DNA of 64,000 nucleotides from an uncultured Candidatus Rokubacteria bacterium (lineage in GTDB: Bacteria > Methylomirabilota > Methylomirabilia > Rokubacteriales > DASRDR01): assembly GCA_963805625.1 (NCBI GenBank), contig CAWDVE010000012.1, positions 64,001 through 128,000 on the forward strand. The letters run 5' to 3'. A program made the translations under genes and the position numbers. Shown here piece by piece: positions 40,054-50,118 of the stretch (its first letter is position 1; each line of letters starts with the position of its first letter). The notes below the pieces were generated by a model. It saw nothing but the letters and a program-made list of their open reading frames with translations. It searched no databases and had not been told where the DNA came from.

Positions 40054-40294
40054 GTCCCGGCCGGGCCCGCCGTGGTGGGCGGCGCGTGCGCAGGATGCGC
40101 CCCGCGGCGCGGCCGGCCGGGCTCCTCTCCCCGGCGCCCCGGCGCAACCGGTCGATCGATCGCGCCGCGCGGAAGCACCACGGACCCCCAGTCCGCGTGC
40201 GCCGGCAACGCGGGCATGGCTTGCCGGAGCCCCGAACCGTCGTGGTATCCGGCCGGCCGGGATGGCGCGGGGCCGCTCGAGCCATCCGGGTCCA

Positions 40295-41176
40295 CTACGG
40301 GCGCCGAGGCAGCCTGCGGAGGATGTCCGTGACTAGGCCGAGCGCGAAGAGCAGGAGCGCCGTGCAGGAACCGAGCGCCACGATCAGCCCCGCGTGGGCT
40401 CCCCGGGCGATCCAGGCATCCAGGCCCAGCGCCGGGACGGTGCCCAGAAGGGCGGCGCCCATCAAGACCAGGAAGAGCTTGATCGGGTTGTAGGTCACGA
40501 TGGCCACAGTCAGGATCTGGAGGACGCGCAGGAGCTCCTGGTAGAGGATGACCTTGCTCTTGCCCACCCGGGCGCGGTAGTCGATCGGGACGTGGGCCAC
40601 GAAGTGGCCCTCGAGGAGAATCGCGAGCGTCAAGGTGGTGGTGAAGGAGAAGCCGTTGCCGATGGAAGCGATGTGCTCCAGGGCGATGGACTTCCGGAAG
40701 ACCCGCATGCCGGAGTTCACGTCCGGCACCCAGACTCCGCACACGAAGCGCACCATCGCCCGCAAGGCGACGCGGGCCAGCCACTTGGCCGGGGAGCTCC
40801 AGTAGTGCACCCCGGTCCGAGCACCCACGACCATGTCGAAGCGGGGCACGTAGGCCAACAGCTCGGGCAAGGCCTCCACCGGATACGATCCATCGGCGTC
40901 CACGATGGCGATCCAGTCCCCGGACGCGTGGCGGAGGCCGGTCTTGAGGGCGCGGCCATACCCCGCGTTCTGAGGATGCTCGAGCACGGTGACCGCGCAG
41001 CCGCGGGCCTTGGTCCCCGTGTCGTCGGTCGAGCCATCGTCGATGACCACGATCTCGTAGTTCAGTCCGGCTCGCCGGGCCGCCCCCTGGATGCGCTCCA
41101 CGATGCCCTGGACGGACGCCCCCTCGTTGTACGCCGGAATCAGGATCGACACCTTGATGTCAGGCGCGGAGGGCAT
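40295..41176 (-). CDS. Glycosyltransferase family 2 (polyprenol-phosphate glycosyltransferase-like)
   Basis: ILIPAYNE, IDDGSTD, NAGYGRALKTG, VDADGSY, PDVNSGMRVF; two C-terminal TM helices. Confidence 0.9.
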   Translation of the reverse strand: MPSAPDIKVSILIPAYNEGASVQGIVERIQGAARRAGLNYEIVVIDDGSTDDTGTKARGCAVTVLEHPQNAGYGRALKTGLRHASGDWIAIVDADGSYPVEALPELLAYVPRFDMVVGARTGVHYWSSPAKWLARVALRAMVRFVCGVWVPDVNSGMRVFRKSIALEHIASIGNGFSFTTTLTLAILLEGHFVAHVPIDYRARVGKSKVILYQELLRVLQILTVAIVTYNPIKLFLVLMGAALLGTVPALGLDAWIARGAHAGLIVALGSCTALLLFALGLVTDILRRLPRRP

Positions 41177-41506
41177 CGGCGATGGCGATGCGGGACTGGC
41201 CGCTCGGCGGCCAGCCCCGGAGCTGCCGGCGGTGCAGGGCGAGGACACGGGGCCGATCCAGGCCGGTCTGGTGGTCGACCGAGCCACTCACGAACCGAGC
41301 CTCGACGCGACAGGTCAGCGCCCCCCGGGCGTCGACGCGGTGGAGCGGCCGGGCGACGAGGGCGGCTCTCTGTGGCGACGCTTCGGGCGCGAGACTCCCA
41401 TGTCGCCGACGGTGTGCAGGCCGCACGTCGGGCCACCCGAACCGCGGGGAGCGGGTCCGAGCCGCGCGAAGCGGTGGCATCGCCCCTCTGTCGCCCGGAG
41501 GCGGCA

Positions 41507-43486
41507 TCAGCAGTGGTTCGGGAGGGCCGGCGCGTGAAAGGCCGCATCCGCCACGCTAGAAGCCGCGTGGGCGCCGGGCGAGGCGACGACCGGGCGGGTT
41601 GCCGGAGCCCGCAGGACCTCGTGCTCCCAGAGCAGGAGACTGAGCAGGCTCCACAGCCGGAAGCCGTGATCCGCCACGCCGGACCGGTGGGCGCCCCAGA
41701 GAGCGGTCACGACGGGGTGTCGCAGGTCGACCAGGGCGGACGAGCCGGCCAACAGGTCATCCGTCATGTCCCGCAGCCCGCCCCGGAGCCAGTCGGAGAC
41801 CGGCGCGTTGAACCCGCTCTTCCGGCGCTTCAGCACGAAGGAGGGAAGCTTCCCGGCCATCGCCCGCTTCAGCACGACCTTCCTCCGGAGCCCGCGCATC
41901 TTCAAGGGAGCCGGCAGGCGCATGGTGAACTCGACGAGGTCCACGTCGAGGAACGGCACCCGCGCCTCGAGCCCGACGGCCATGCTGGCGCGGTCCACCT
42001 TCGTCAGGATGTCGCTCGCCAGCCAGGTGTTCAAGTCGACGTAGAGCGCACGGTCCAGGGGGTTCGCCGCTGCCGCGCGATCGTAGTACTCACGGTACGT
42101 CGCGAACGGGTCGTAGCCGTCAGCCGAGTGGCCGAGCAGGGCCGCGCGATCCGTCGGCTCGAAGAGGAGGCGCCAGCCGTAGTGCGCCTCTTCGGGGGCC
42201 CGGCCGGCATGCGCCACGAACTGCCGGATCTTGTAGCCAAGCCCCAGTTTCCGGCGCGAGATCCGGATCCAGCGCGACATGGGAAGGAGGAGCCGATGGT
42301 GGAGCGCCGCGGGCACGCGCCGGTAGAGGCGCTGGAGGCGGTCGGCGACGTACGTGTCGTAGCCGGCCAGGGTCTCGTCCGCTCCATCCCCGGTGAGCAC
42401 GACCTTGACGTGTTGCCGCGCCAGACGCGAGAGGAAATAGGTGGGGATGGTCGACGTGTCCCCCAGGGGCTCGTCGAGCTGGCGAGCGAGGGCCGGAAGG
42501 GTCGCCGCCACGTCGGCCGCGACGATCTCCGTGCGGTGCTCGGTGCCGAGGGCGGCGGCGACCCGGCGTGCGTGGTCCAGCTCGCTGTACGACGGCTCGA
42601 CGAAGCCCATGCTGAAGGTCCCGATGCGGTGCTTGCTGTGGGCCCGCATGTGGTACACGATCGTCGAGGAGTCGATCCCCCCGCTGAGAAACGCGCCCAC
42701 CGGGACGTCACTGACCATCTGCCGCGAGACGGCCTGGGCGAGAAGGGCCGAGTACTCCTCGACCTGCTCGCCCTCCGGCCGCGCGCGCCGCGAACCGTCC
42801 GCGGGGACCGGCGCCGGGTCCCAGAAGCGCTCGGTCCGGATTCGGCCGTCCTCCCAGAGAAGCGACGACCCCGGGGGAAGCCGCGACACGCCGCGAAGGA
42901 TGGTGCGAGAGCCGAGGACGTACCCGAGGGCCAGGTAGTCCGCGAGCCCCTCGGGCTGGACCTCGCGCGGGACGCAGGCGGCGCGCAGGATCGCCTTCAG
43001 CTCGGAGGCGAAGATCAGGCAGCCGTCCGGCCGGTGGTAGTAGAGGAGCGGCTTGACGCCGACGTGGTCGCGGGCGAGGAAGAGGCGGCGCTCCTTCGTG
43101 TCCCAGACGGCGAACGCGAAGATGCCTCGGAAGGCCTTCGGCGCCTGCGCGCCCCACTCGGCGACGGCCGCGAGGACGACTTCGGTGTCGGACGTCGTCC
43201 GGAACCGGTGGCCCCGAGCGGCGAGGTCGTGGCGAAGCTCGCGGTAGTTGTAGATCTCTCCGTTGTGGGTGATCCAGTACCGTCCGTCCATGTAGCTCAT
43301 CGGCTGCGCGCCGCCGCCAAGATCGATGATCGACAGCCGGCGGTGGCCGAGGCCCACGGCGCCGCTGCACCAGATCCCCTCCCCATCCGGGCCTCGCTGC
43401 CGGAGGACCGCGCACGCCTCGCGGAGAAACGGCTCCCCGAGCGCCGGCTCCTGGACTAGCGACGCGAACCCGACGATCCCGCACAT
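41507..43486 (-). CDS. asnB: Asparagine synthase (glutamine-hydrolysing), polysaccharide amidotransferase type
   Basis: MCGIVG N-terminus, HNGEIYNY, RDHVGVKPL, FLSGGIDSS, KVDRASMAVGLEARVPFLD. Confidence 0.93.
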   Translation of the reverse strand: MCGIVGFASLVQEPALGEPFLREACAVLRQRGPDGEGIWCSGAVGLGHRRLSIIDLGGGAQPMSYMDGRYWITHNGEIYNYRELRHDLAARGHRFRTTSDTEVVLAAVAEWGAQAPKAFRGIFAFAVWDTKERRLFLARDHVGVKPLLYYHRPDGCLIFASELKAILRAACVPREVQPEGLADYLALGYVLGSRTILRGVSRLPPGSSLLWEDGRIRTERFWDPAPVPADGSRRARPEGEQVEEYSALLAQAVSRQMVSDVPVGAFLSGGIDSSTIVYHMRAHSKHRIGTFSMGFVEPSYSELDHARRVAAALGTEHRTEIVAADVAATLPALARQLDEPLGDTSTIPTYFLSRLARQHVKVVLTGDGADETLAGYDTYVADRLQRLYRRVPAALHHRLLLPMSRWIRISRRKLGLGYKIRQFVAHAGRAPEEAHYGWRLLFEPTDRAALLGHSADGYDPFATYREYYDRAAAANPLDRALYVDLNTWLASDILTKVDRASMAVGLEARVPFLDVDLVEFTMRLPAPLKMRGLRRKVVLKRAMAGKLPSFVLKRRKSGFNAPVSDWLRGGLRDMTDDLLAGSSALVDLRHPVVTALWGAHRSGVADHGFRLWSLLSLLLWEHEVLRAPATRPVVASPGAHAASSVADAAFHAPALPNHC

Positions 43487-43810
43487 GAACGGTGACGCCC
43501 TGTTGGCCTGCAGTTCACAATCATGATAGCCGAATGGCCCCGCGGAGCCCGCGAGAACCATCGCACGCTCGGCGCCGTCGGATCAAGACCGGGAGGGCAT
43601 CAGGGCCAGGAGCGGCCGGGTACCGCCGCGTGCCCGCCCTCGAGGGCGGCGGTAGCTACCCGGGCGCTACGCGCCTGGCGACGTGTCGATGCAGGCTCGG
43701 CGGGCGAGAGCGGGCGGCCTCCTCGCGGCGCGTGACCGTCCGACCTCCCCGACGCCGGCCGAGTCAGTGTTCGCGCTTAGGTCGACCATCGGTCCGCACG
43801 GCGACATCCC

Positions 43811-44074
43811 TGGACGCGCACCAACGGCATCCGGGTCGAGTCGGCGGACGACGAGCTGTTCCGGACGATGCGCCGCGCCGGATGCTACCGCGTCTCGTTC
43901 GGCTTCGAGTCGCGTAACGACGAGGTGCTCCGCACGTTCGGTAAGGGCGGCCGGGCCAGCATCGAGAAGGGGCGAGAGGCGGTGCGCATGGCCCGCGTTC
44001 GGACGGATGCCGGTCGCTTTACGGCAGGGCCAAGCTCGAGGTCGAGAGAGTCACGCTTGCCCACGGCGCGCTAG
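43811..44074 (+). pseudogene. Internal fragment of a (B12-binding type) radical SAM gene
   Basis: WTRTNGIRVESADDELFRTMRRAGCYRVSFGFES..DEVL; no CxxxCxxC region and no proper start. Confidence 0.65.
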
Positions 44075-44192
44075 TTAGTGGTGCCGCCCGGCCTGATCTA
44101 CGGCGACGGCGTGGACGGAATGGTCGGTCGGCTCGTCGAAACGATCCGTCATGAGGCTCGCGCTCCCGACGCGGTACCCTTGACACCGACAC

Positions 44193-45695
44193 TTAGGCGT
44201 CCGGCAACCGCGACCCGCGACCGATGTCGGGCTGATCCGAACGACCCGCGCCGATGGCCTCCGTCGCTCGCGGCCGCCGAGTCCGCAACGATCTCGCGAG
44301 GACGCTCGCCGCCACGATCGCGACGGGGAATACCGTCAGTCCGTGTCGAGGCTCAAAGGGCGACAGGAGCGCATGGAACATGACGAGCCCGAACGCGGGC
44401 AGGCAGAACATCAGGAACTCGTCATGCCGGCCCCAGAGCGCCCATCCGAGGCCCGCCACGAGCACCGGAAACGTGAGTATGGCGCCTCGCCAGAGGAACG
44501 GGACCGTCATCGCTAGGCTTTCGAGCGGATGTGCTCGCATGTGCGCCAGCGCACGTCGCATCAACATCTCATCGGCAGCCAGACGGGAGTGCGCCACGCC
44601 CGCGGCAGCGAGTTGCCGGTCCACCATCGTCAGTTCCGCGATACTCCGGTAGAAGTACGACACCGCGTCCTGGGGACGGCCCTGGAACATGGCCGCTCGG
44701 TCTTGCGCCAGGAAGCCTGAATCGGCGAACGTACTGAGCTGCTCCAGCCGCCCGCCCCGCCGGAGATCCGCTGGGCCAAAGCCTGTCACGGCTCCGATCG
44801 CCGGCCTCAATACGCTGGGCGCCCACGCGTAGAACGACCCGCGAACCTGAGACGGCCAGATCCCCTCGCTCATCACAGCTCGCATCCACAGGGCCATTCC
44901 GCCGCGATCGCTGATGCCGAGTCTCCCGAACGTCTGGTAGTTGCGGAGCAGCCAGGGTGCCACTACAACCCCGCAGCCGAGAACGAGCATGGCGACTCCC
45001 GCAACGTCTCGGCGGAGCGCCACGCGCCGGAGGCGCGCTGCCCAGAGCACGGCCACCGCGACGACCAACCCCCCAAACACGTACAGCGCCGCTGCCTTGA
45101 TCAGGGCCACAACACCGAAGCTGATGCCCACCAGGCCCATACGGTCCCACCTGGGTCGGGACACTCCGCGGGCGATGAGCAACGACCCGAGCATCAACAT
45201 CGCCGCGGCGGGAATCTCAGTATACAGGGAGTCGACGCCCCACGCCCTCGTGGGTCCCTGAAAGAAGACCGCCTGCGTGAGGATGGCGCCGCCGATCGCC
45301 AAGACCGTCGAGCCGGTGAATGCCGTGATCGTAATGTACGTGACGACGCACAGCAGGAGCAGCCAGAGAACATTCTGAGACTTGATCCATCGCGCCCGTT
45401 CGCCCCCGAGATACGCTGCGAGCTCGGCTCTCCCCGTCACGGCGTCGACGACTGCGACCATCACTGCATCAGTCAGAACGGGCAGAGGCTCCCGATACAT
45501 CGACGGCGCATAGGGGGGCGCCACGTCGAGCGACATCACGCCGCCGTGCACGAGACTGACCGCCATGCGCAACGTATCGTAGGCGTCGCAGCACACGGGC
45601 GATCCGGTCAAACGGGTGCTCCAGAACCAGCACAGGATCAATGCCACCAGGACGGCGACCCGATGTGGTCGCGCACGGGACAGCCACTCTCTCAC
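44193..45695 (-). CDS. Polytopic membrane protein, GT-C-like
   Basis: MYREPLP, LYTEIPA, ALIKA, APWLLRNYQTFG, EPRH. Confidence 0.7.
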   Translation of the reverse strand: MREWLSRARPHRVAVLVALILCWFWSTRLTGSPVCCDAYDTLRMAVSLVHGGVMSLDVAPPYAPSMYREPLPVLTDAVMVAVVDAVTGRAELAAYLGGERARWIKSQNVLWLLLLCVVTYITITAFTGSTVLAIGGAILTQAVFFQGPTRAWGVDSLYTEIPAAAMLMLGSLLIARGVSRPRWDRMGLVGISFGVVALIKAAALYVFGGLVVAVAVLWAARLRRVALRRDVAGVAMLVLGCGVVVAPWLLRNYQTFGRLGISDRGGMALWMRAVMSEGIWPSQVRGSFYAWAPSVLRPAIGAVTGFGPADLRRGGRLEQLSTFADSGFLAQDRAAMFQGRPQDAVSYFYRSIAELTMVDRQLAAAGVAHSRLAADEMLMRRALAHMRAHPLESLAMTVPFLWRGAILTFPVLVAGLGWALWGRHDEFLMFCLPAFGLVMFHALLSPFEPRHGLTVFPVAIVAASVLARSLRTRRPRATEAIGAGRSDQPDIGRGSRLPDA

Positions 45696-45975
45696 CCCCT
45701 GCCTCCCGGTGGGCAGGTGGTTCGAGGCTGCGCGGCGGAACGGGCGGGCCCCGAGTCCGTCCGCATCTCGGTCGAGCCACCCGCATCGACTGCGGCGCCG
45801 TCCCGGTCGGACGCACCGCCCGGGACGAGAGCCGCCCCTGGGGTGTCGATCGGCACCGTCACGAGCAGCCGGCCTCCCGGCTTCAGCACCCGCCGGAACT
45901 CGACGAACGCCGCCTGCGGGCCGGCTTCGTCATGCTCGATCACTCTCCATGAGAGCACAGCGTCGAACCGTTCGC
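45692..45975 (-). pseudogene. SAM methyltransferase fragment
   Basis: RFDAVLSWRVIEH..AAFVEFRRVLKPGGRLLVTVP without the N-terminal SAM motif. Confidence 0.6.
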
Positions 45976-46061
45976 TGGTAGACTCGGGACTCCGTCAGGC
46001 GGAAGCTGGATGCGAAATTCTCTTCCCACCGCACCGGATTGCGGTGGTGGATCGGCAGTCC

Positions 46062-46434
46062 TTATACATGGGCCGGTGGCATCGTCGGGCAGGGCTGGTC
46101 GAGGAACATGCGGTGCCAGAGCTCGACCATGAGGAACGTCCACTGGAGGCCGTGCTCCTGGACGAACCCCTCCTGGACCGGGTCGAGCTTGCCATCCTGC
46201 TCGAGCCCCTCGACCGTCATGACGGTCCGGCGTCGGCCTGGACGGCGAAGACCGTGCACGACTTCACCGGCCGGCCGTCGAGGAGGATCGTGCAGGCCCC
46301 GCAGTGCGTCGTGTCGCACCCGCTGTGCGTCCCGGTGAGGCGGAACATCTCCCGGATCAGGTGGGCCAGGAGCAGCCGGGGCTCGACGCCGGCGTCGCGC
46401 GCCGCTCGCCGTTGATCGTGACGCCCACGCGTAT
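46062..46434 (-). pseudogene. coxS: Frameshifted coxS-like (2Fe-2S) gene fused to the 3' end of an asnB-like gene
   Basis: RBS AGGAGG then ATA (mutated start). [40 protein letters not shown] ... QEHGLQ switches at about 46142 to WTFLMVELWHRMFLD. Confidence 0.75.
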
Positions 46435-46511
46435 CCGGGCCTCCTTCCAGCCTGATGGCCAGTCACGACGACCGATCGCAACACCGCCGGCCGCGGCCGG
46501 CGCGCCGCTGT

Positions 46512-47387
46512 TCAGTGAGCCGTGCCGGCGCGCTCCAGCGCGCGGCGAATCGCCCGGACCGTGAGCACCCGTACCAGGTCGCGCTTGTACGCCACCGATC
46601 CGCGCAGATCCTCTGACGGATCGCTCTCGTCGGCCGCCGCCCGGGCGGCCTCCCGGATGGCCGCGTCGTCGGGACGGCGCCCCTGTAGAAGCGCCTCCGC
46701 CCGCCGCGCCTTGATCGGCGTCGGCCCCACGTTGGTGAGCCCGATCCCCACGTGCGCACACGTCCCGCCGTCGCCGAGCGTGAGCTGGACGGCGACCGCC
46801 GCCGTCGCGAAGTCCCCGACCTTCCGCTCCATCTTGAGATAGGCCCCGCCGGACCGCGGGGGCGGGAGCGGGACACGGATCTCCGTGAGGATCTCGCCCG
46901 GCGCGAGGGCGGTCTCGAGGGGTCCCGTGAAGAACCCGGCGACCGGGAGGCGCCGCGACCCTTTCGGCCCGACCGCCACCACCTCCGCCCCGAGCGCCAG
47001 CATCGCGGCGGGGTGGTCGTTGGCGGGGTCTCCGTGAGCGAGGTTCCCCCCGACCGTGGCCAGGTTGCGGACGAGCGGGTCGGCGATCACCCGGCAGGCA
47101 TCCTCAAGGACGGGGAATCGCCGCCGGACCAGGTCGGATGCCTCGAGCTCCGACTCGCGAACGAGAGCCCCGATGACGAGCGCGCCGTCCCGCTCGGCGA
47201 TCGACCCGAGCCCGGTGATCCGGTTGAGGTCGACCACGTGGCGCGGGGACGCGAGGCGGAGCTTCATCAGGGGGATGAGGCTCTGACCGCCCGCGAGGAC
47301 CTTCGCGTCGCCACCGAGCCGGCCGAGCAGCGCGATGGCGTCCTGGAGGGTGGACGGGCGGTGATACTCGAAGGCCGCAGGAATCAT
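46512..47387 (-). CDS. coxM: CoxM/xanthine dehydrogenase family FAD-binding subunit
   Basis: MIPAAFEYHRP, LAGGQSLIPLMKLRLA, VRNLATVGGNLAHGDPAND, DLRGSVAYKR. Confidence 0.92.
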   Translation of the reverse strand: MIPAAFEYHRPSTLQDAIALLGRLGGDAKVLAGGQSLIPLMKLRLASPRHVVDLNRITGLGSIAERDGALVIGALVRESELEASDLVRRRFPVLEDACRVIADPLVRNLATVGGNLAHGDPANDHPAAMLALGAEVVAVGPKGSRRLPVAGFFTGPLETALAPGEILTEIRVPLPPPRSGGAYLKMERKVGDFATAAVAVQLTLGDGGTCAHVGIGLTNVGPTPIKARRAEALLQGRRPDDAAIREAARAAADESDPSEDLRGSVAYKRDLVRVLTVRAIRRALERAGTAH

Positions 47388-47444
47388 GCTCGTCCTCCCA
47401 GCGCAGGGAATCAGTAGACCGGGGGCGAAGCTGATGGCCGCCCG

Positions 47445-47473
47445 ATACTAGGAGCCACCCCGGGGCCTGTCAA
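47445..47473 (-). promoter_or_regulatory. Sigma70-type promoter upstream of coxM
   Basis: Minus strand TTGACA-17 bp-TAGTAT. Confidence 0.75.
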
Positions 47474-47556
47474 GGGAAGGCTGGGGCGGGCGAGCCGAGC
47501 CGGCTCCCCGCCTTCCCGCCGGTCTCGGCCGGGGATCCTGGACCTCGCGCGGAATG

Positions 47557-48765
47557 TCAGACGATGGGCAACTCGGCCGGCGCCCGGCGTGTGAGGAGCT
47601 CGCACCCCGTCGGCGTCACGACGACGTTTTCCTCGTGCACCATCAGCCGACGCGCCATCCCGGCCAGGCCGGGCAGGGTGAGACTCGGCTCGAGGGTGAT
47701 GACCATCCCCGCCTCGAGGAACGTTCGGTCGTCGGGCGTGAGGGAGGGCGCCTCGGTGAGGTCGAGGCCGAGGCCGTGCCCCATCCGGCCGACCGGGGTG
47801 TCCGCGCGGCCGGCCGGATCGGCCACGGTCGCCATCGCGCGCCACACCTCGGCCGCCGTCCGCCCGGGCCGCACGGCCGCGAGGCCGGCCTCGGTCGCCT
47901 CGAAAACGCGCGCGTAGGCCGCCCGCGTCTCGTCGGTCGCGCGGCCCAGCGCGAAGTTCCGGTCGAAGTCACAGAAGTAGCCCCGCCAGGTCGCACCGAC
48001 GTCGATGATCAAGAGGTCTCCGGCCTCGAGCCGCCGGTCGGTCGGGCCCATGTTGATCTGCTGGTAGCCGTGGGTGCCCGACACCGGGACGAGGTACGGC
48101 ACCGTGTCGGCCCCGAGCTCGACGAGGAGGCCGTGGAGGACGCGCGCGACGTCGCGCTCGGTCAGCCCGGGCCGGAGCTGCGGCGCCAGCCGGGCGAACG
48201 CCTCGCTGGCGATCTCGGCGATCCGTCGCATGTGGGCGATCTCGGGTGCGCTCTTGACCATGCGCACCGGCCGGATCACCGGGCCGGCGTCGAGGAGCGG
48301 GCCGGCCAGCGTCTCGCGGATCCGCAGGAAGTCGGCGATCGGCATCTGAACCCGCATCTCGGGACCGATCTCCGCGGCGACGCGGCCGCCTGGGCCCGCG
48401 AGACTCCGAAGCGCGTCGATGACCAGGCTCACGCCGTCGTCCGCCGGGCGAGGCGCCGGCCAGGCGCGCACGTCCTCGAGCCACGTCGTCGCGCGGATAC
48501 CGGCCACGTTGCTCGTCGGCACGACAGCCACCGGCGCGCCCTCGACTGGGAGCAGCACGTAGCGCGGGCGGGTCGGGCTCACCCACGTCTGGCTGTGGAA
48601 ACCCGTGAGGTACCGGATGTTCTTCTCCGCGGTGAGGAACAGGCAGTCGACGCCGGCGTCGACCATCCGGCGCCGGACGCTCTCGACGCGGCGGCGGTAC
48701 TCCGCCGGCGGGAACTCCCAGCCGTGCTCGGCGGGAAGCTGATCGAGCCGGCCCCAGCTATTCAT
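47557..48765 (-). CDS. M24 family (Xaa-Pro) peptidase
   Basis: IIDVGATWRGYFCDFDR, GHGLGL..TEAP, TLEP, HEENVVVT. Confidence 0.92.
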   Translation of the reverse strand: MNSWGRLDQLPAEHGWEFPPAEYRRRVESVRRRMVDAGVDCLFLTAEKNIRYLTGFHSQTWVSPTRPRYVLLPVEGAPVAVVPTSNVAGIRATTWLEDVRAWPAPRPADDGVSLVIDALRSLAGPGGRVAAEIGPEMRVQMPIADFLRIRETLAGPLLDAGPVIRPVRMVKSAPEIAHMRRIAEIASEAFARLAPQLRPGLTERDVARVLHGLLVELGADTVPYLVPVSGTHGYQQINMGPTDRRLEAGDLLIIDVGATWRGYFCDFDRNFALGRATDETRAAYARVFEATEAGLAAVRPGRTAAEVWRAMATVADPAGRADTPVGRMGHGLGLDLTEAPSLTPDDRTFLEAGMVITLEPSLTLPGLAGMARRLMVHEENVVVTPTGCELLTRRAPAELPIV

Positions 48766-48921
48766 GCCTCGCGCTTTCGATGCCCCACCCGGCCCCTCGC
48801 CACGTACATGGCCCTTCCCTCCTTGCGGACCTCTGGCCAGGATGCTACGGTCTCCGCGTTACCTCATCCAACCACAGGGGAGCTCCGAGAGTCGCTCCCA
48901 CGTGATCCGGGAGCCGCCCCG

Positions 48922-50118
48922 ATGGTGCCGAAGCCGGCCTCGATTGAGGCCCCCGTTCCCTTCGACCTCGTGATCCATGCGGGGCGAGTGGTCTGTCCGG
49001 CGACGGGGCTCGACGGCCCCGGGGCCGTCGCCATCGTCGGCGGCCGGATTGCGGCGGCCGGGCCGGGGGTCGGCGGGCTGGCCCGCGAGGAGCTGCGGCT
49101 GCCGGACGCCGTCCTCCTCCCCGGGCTGGTGGACCTCCACGCCCATCCCGCCCGCGGCGAGTCGCGGTACGGCGTCGATCCCGACGTCCACCTCCTCCCC
49201 TTCGGCACGACGACCGTGCTCGCCCAGGGCGAAGCCGGCGCCCTGAACCTGGCACGCTACCTCGACGTCGTGATCGCACGCTCGCTGACGCGGGTCCGGC
49301 TCGCCATCAACCTGTCCCGGCGGGGCGAGGCGACGCCCGGGGGGAGCTGCGAGGTCCGAGAGGACGTCGACGGGGCGGCCTGCGCGGGCGCGGTGCGGGC
49401 GGCCGCGCGGAACGGTGGGCGCGCGATCTGGGGGATCGCCGTCAACCTGAGCCGCAATACATGCGGCCCCACCGACCCGCGGGCCGTCATGGCCGAGGGC
49501 CTCGCGGCCGCGAATGACACGGGACTCCCGCTCCTCTTCGGGCCCCGGCGGGACGACGACTGGGCGCTCAAGGAGCAGCTCGCCCTCCTCCGGCCGGGTG
49601 ACGTGGTCACCTACTGCTTCAGCGACTGCCCAGAGGGCCTCCTCGCCGACGGTCGGGTTCGGGACGAGGTCTGGGCGGCCCGCGAGCGGGGCATCCACTT
49701 CGACGTGGGTCACGGGATGGGCTCGTTCAGCTTCAGGGTGGCGGAGCCGGCCATCGCGGAGGGCTTTCTCCCGGACGCGATCTCGACGGACCGGTACCAG
49801 CGGCACCTCGCGCTCTCGCCGCGCCACGACCTGCCCCGGACGCTCTCGAAGCTCCTCGCGGCGGGCATGACGGAGCGAGACGCCTTCCTGCGGGTGACAG
49901 CGCGGCCGGCGGCGATTCTCGGCCTCGGCGACGAGGCGGGCACGCTCGCGCCCGGGGCGTGCGCGGACCTGGCAGTGCTCGCCTGGAATCCCGCCGCGCC
50001 CCCTCTCCGCGACACGAGCGGGGCGGAGCGGCCGGGCGGCGTCTGGGAGCCCGTTCTGACCGTGCGCGCCGGCGCCCTGATCCGCCCCTCGCCGGAGCGG
50101 GCGGGGGCTCTCGCATGA
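48922..50118 (+). CDS. Amidohydrolase (dihydroorotase-like/deacetylase family)
   Basis: PGLVDLHAH, LRPGDVVT, FDVGHGMGSFSF, PDAISTD. Confidence 0.87.
   Translation: MVPKPASIEAPVPFDLVIHAGRVVCPATGLDGPGAVAIVGGRIAAAGPGVGGLAREELRLPDAVLLPGLVDLHAHPARGESRYGVDPDVHLLPFGTTTVLAQGEAGALNLARYLDVVIARSLTRVRLAINLSRRGEATPGGSCEVREDVDGAACAGAVRAAARNGGRAIWGIAVNLSRNTCGPTDPRAVMAEGLAAANDTGLPLLFGPRRDDDWALKEQLALLRPGDVVTYCFSDCPEGLLADGRVRDEVWAARERGIHFDVGHGMGSFSFRVAEPAIAEGFLPDAISTDRYQRHLALSPRHDLPRTLSKLLAAGMTERDAFLRVTARPAAILGLGDEAGTLAPGACADLAVLAWNPAAPPLRDTSGAERPGGVWEPVLTVRAGALIRPSPERAGALA

Noticed and set aside
40394-43459. 1021-aa plus-strand ORF
   Set aside because: Antisense shadow of asnB and GT2 in high-GC DNA; no recognisable motifs.
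43811-44074. Radical SAM enzyme as part of the RiPP pathway
   Set aside because: Only an internal fragment, about 25 kb from the cluster, lacking the Fe-S motif.
47554-48921. N-terminal 456 aa of the 854-aa ORF as a fusion with the amidohydrolase
   Set aside because: This part is antisense to the M24 peptidase; the real start is probably ATG 48922.
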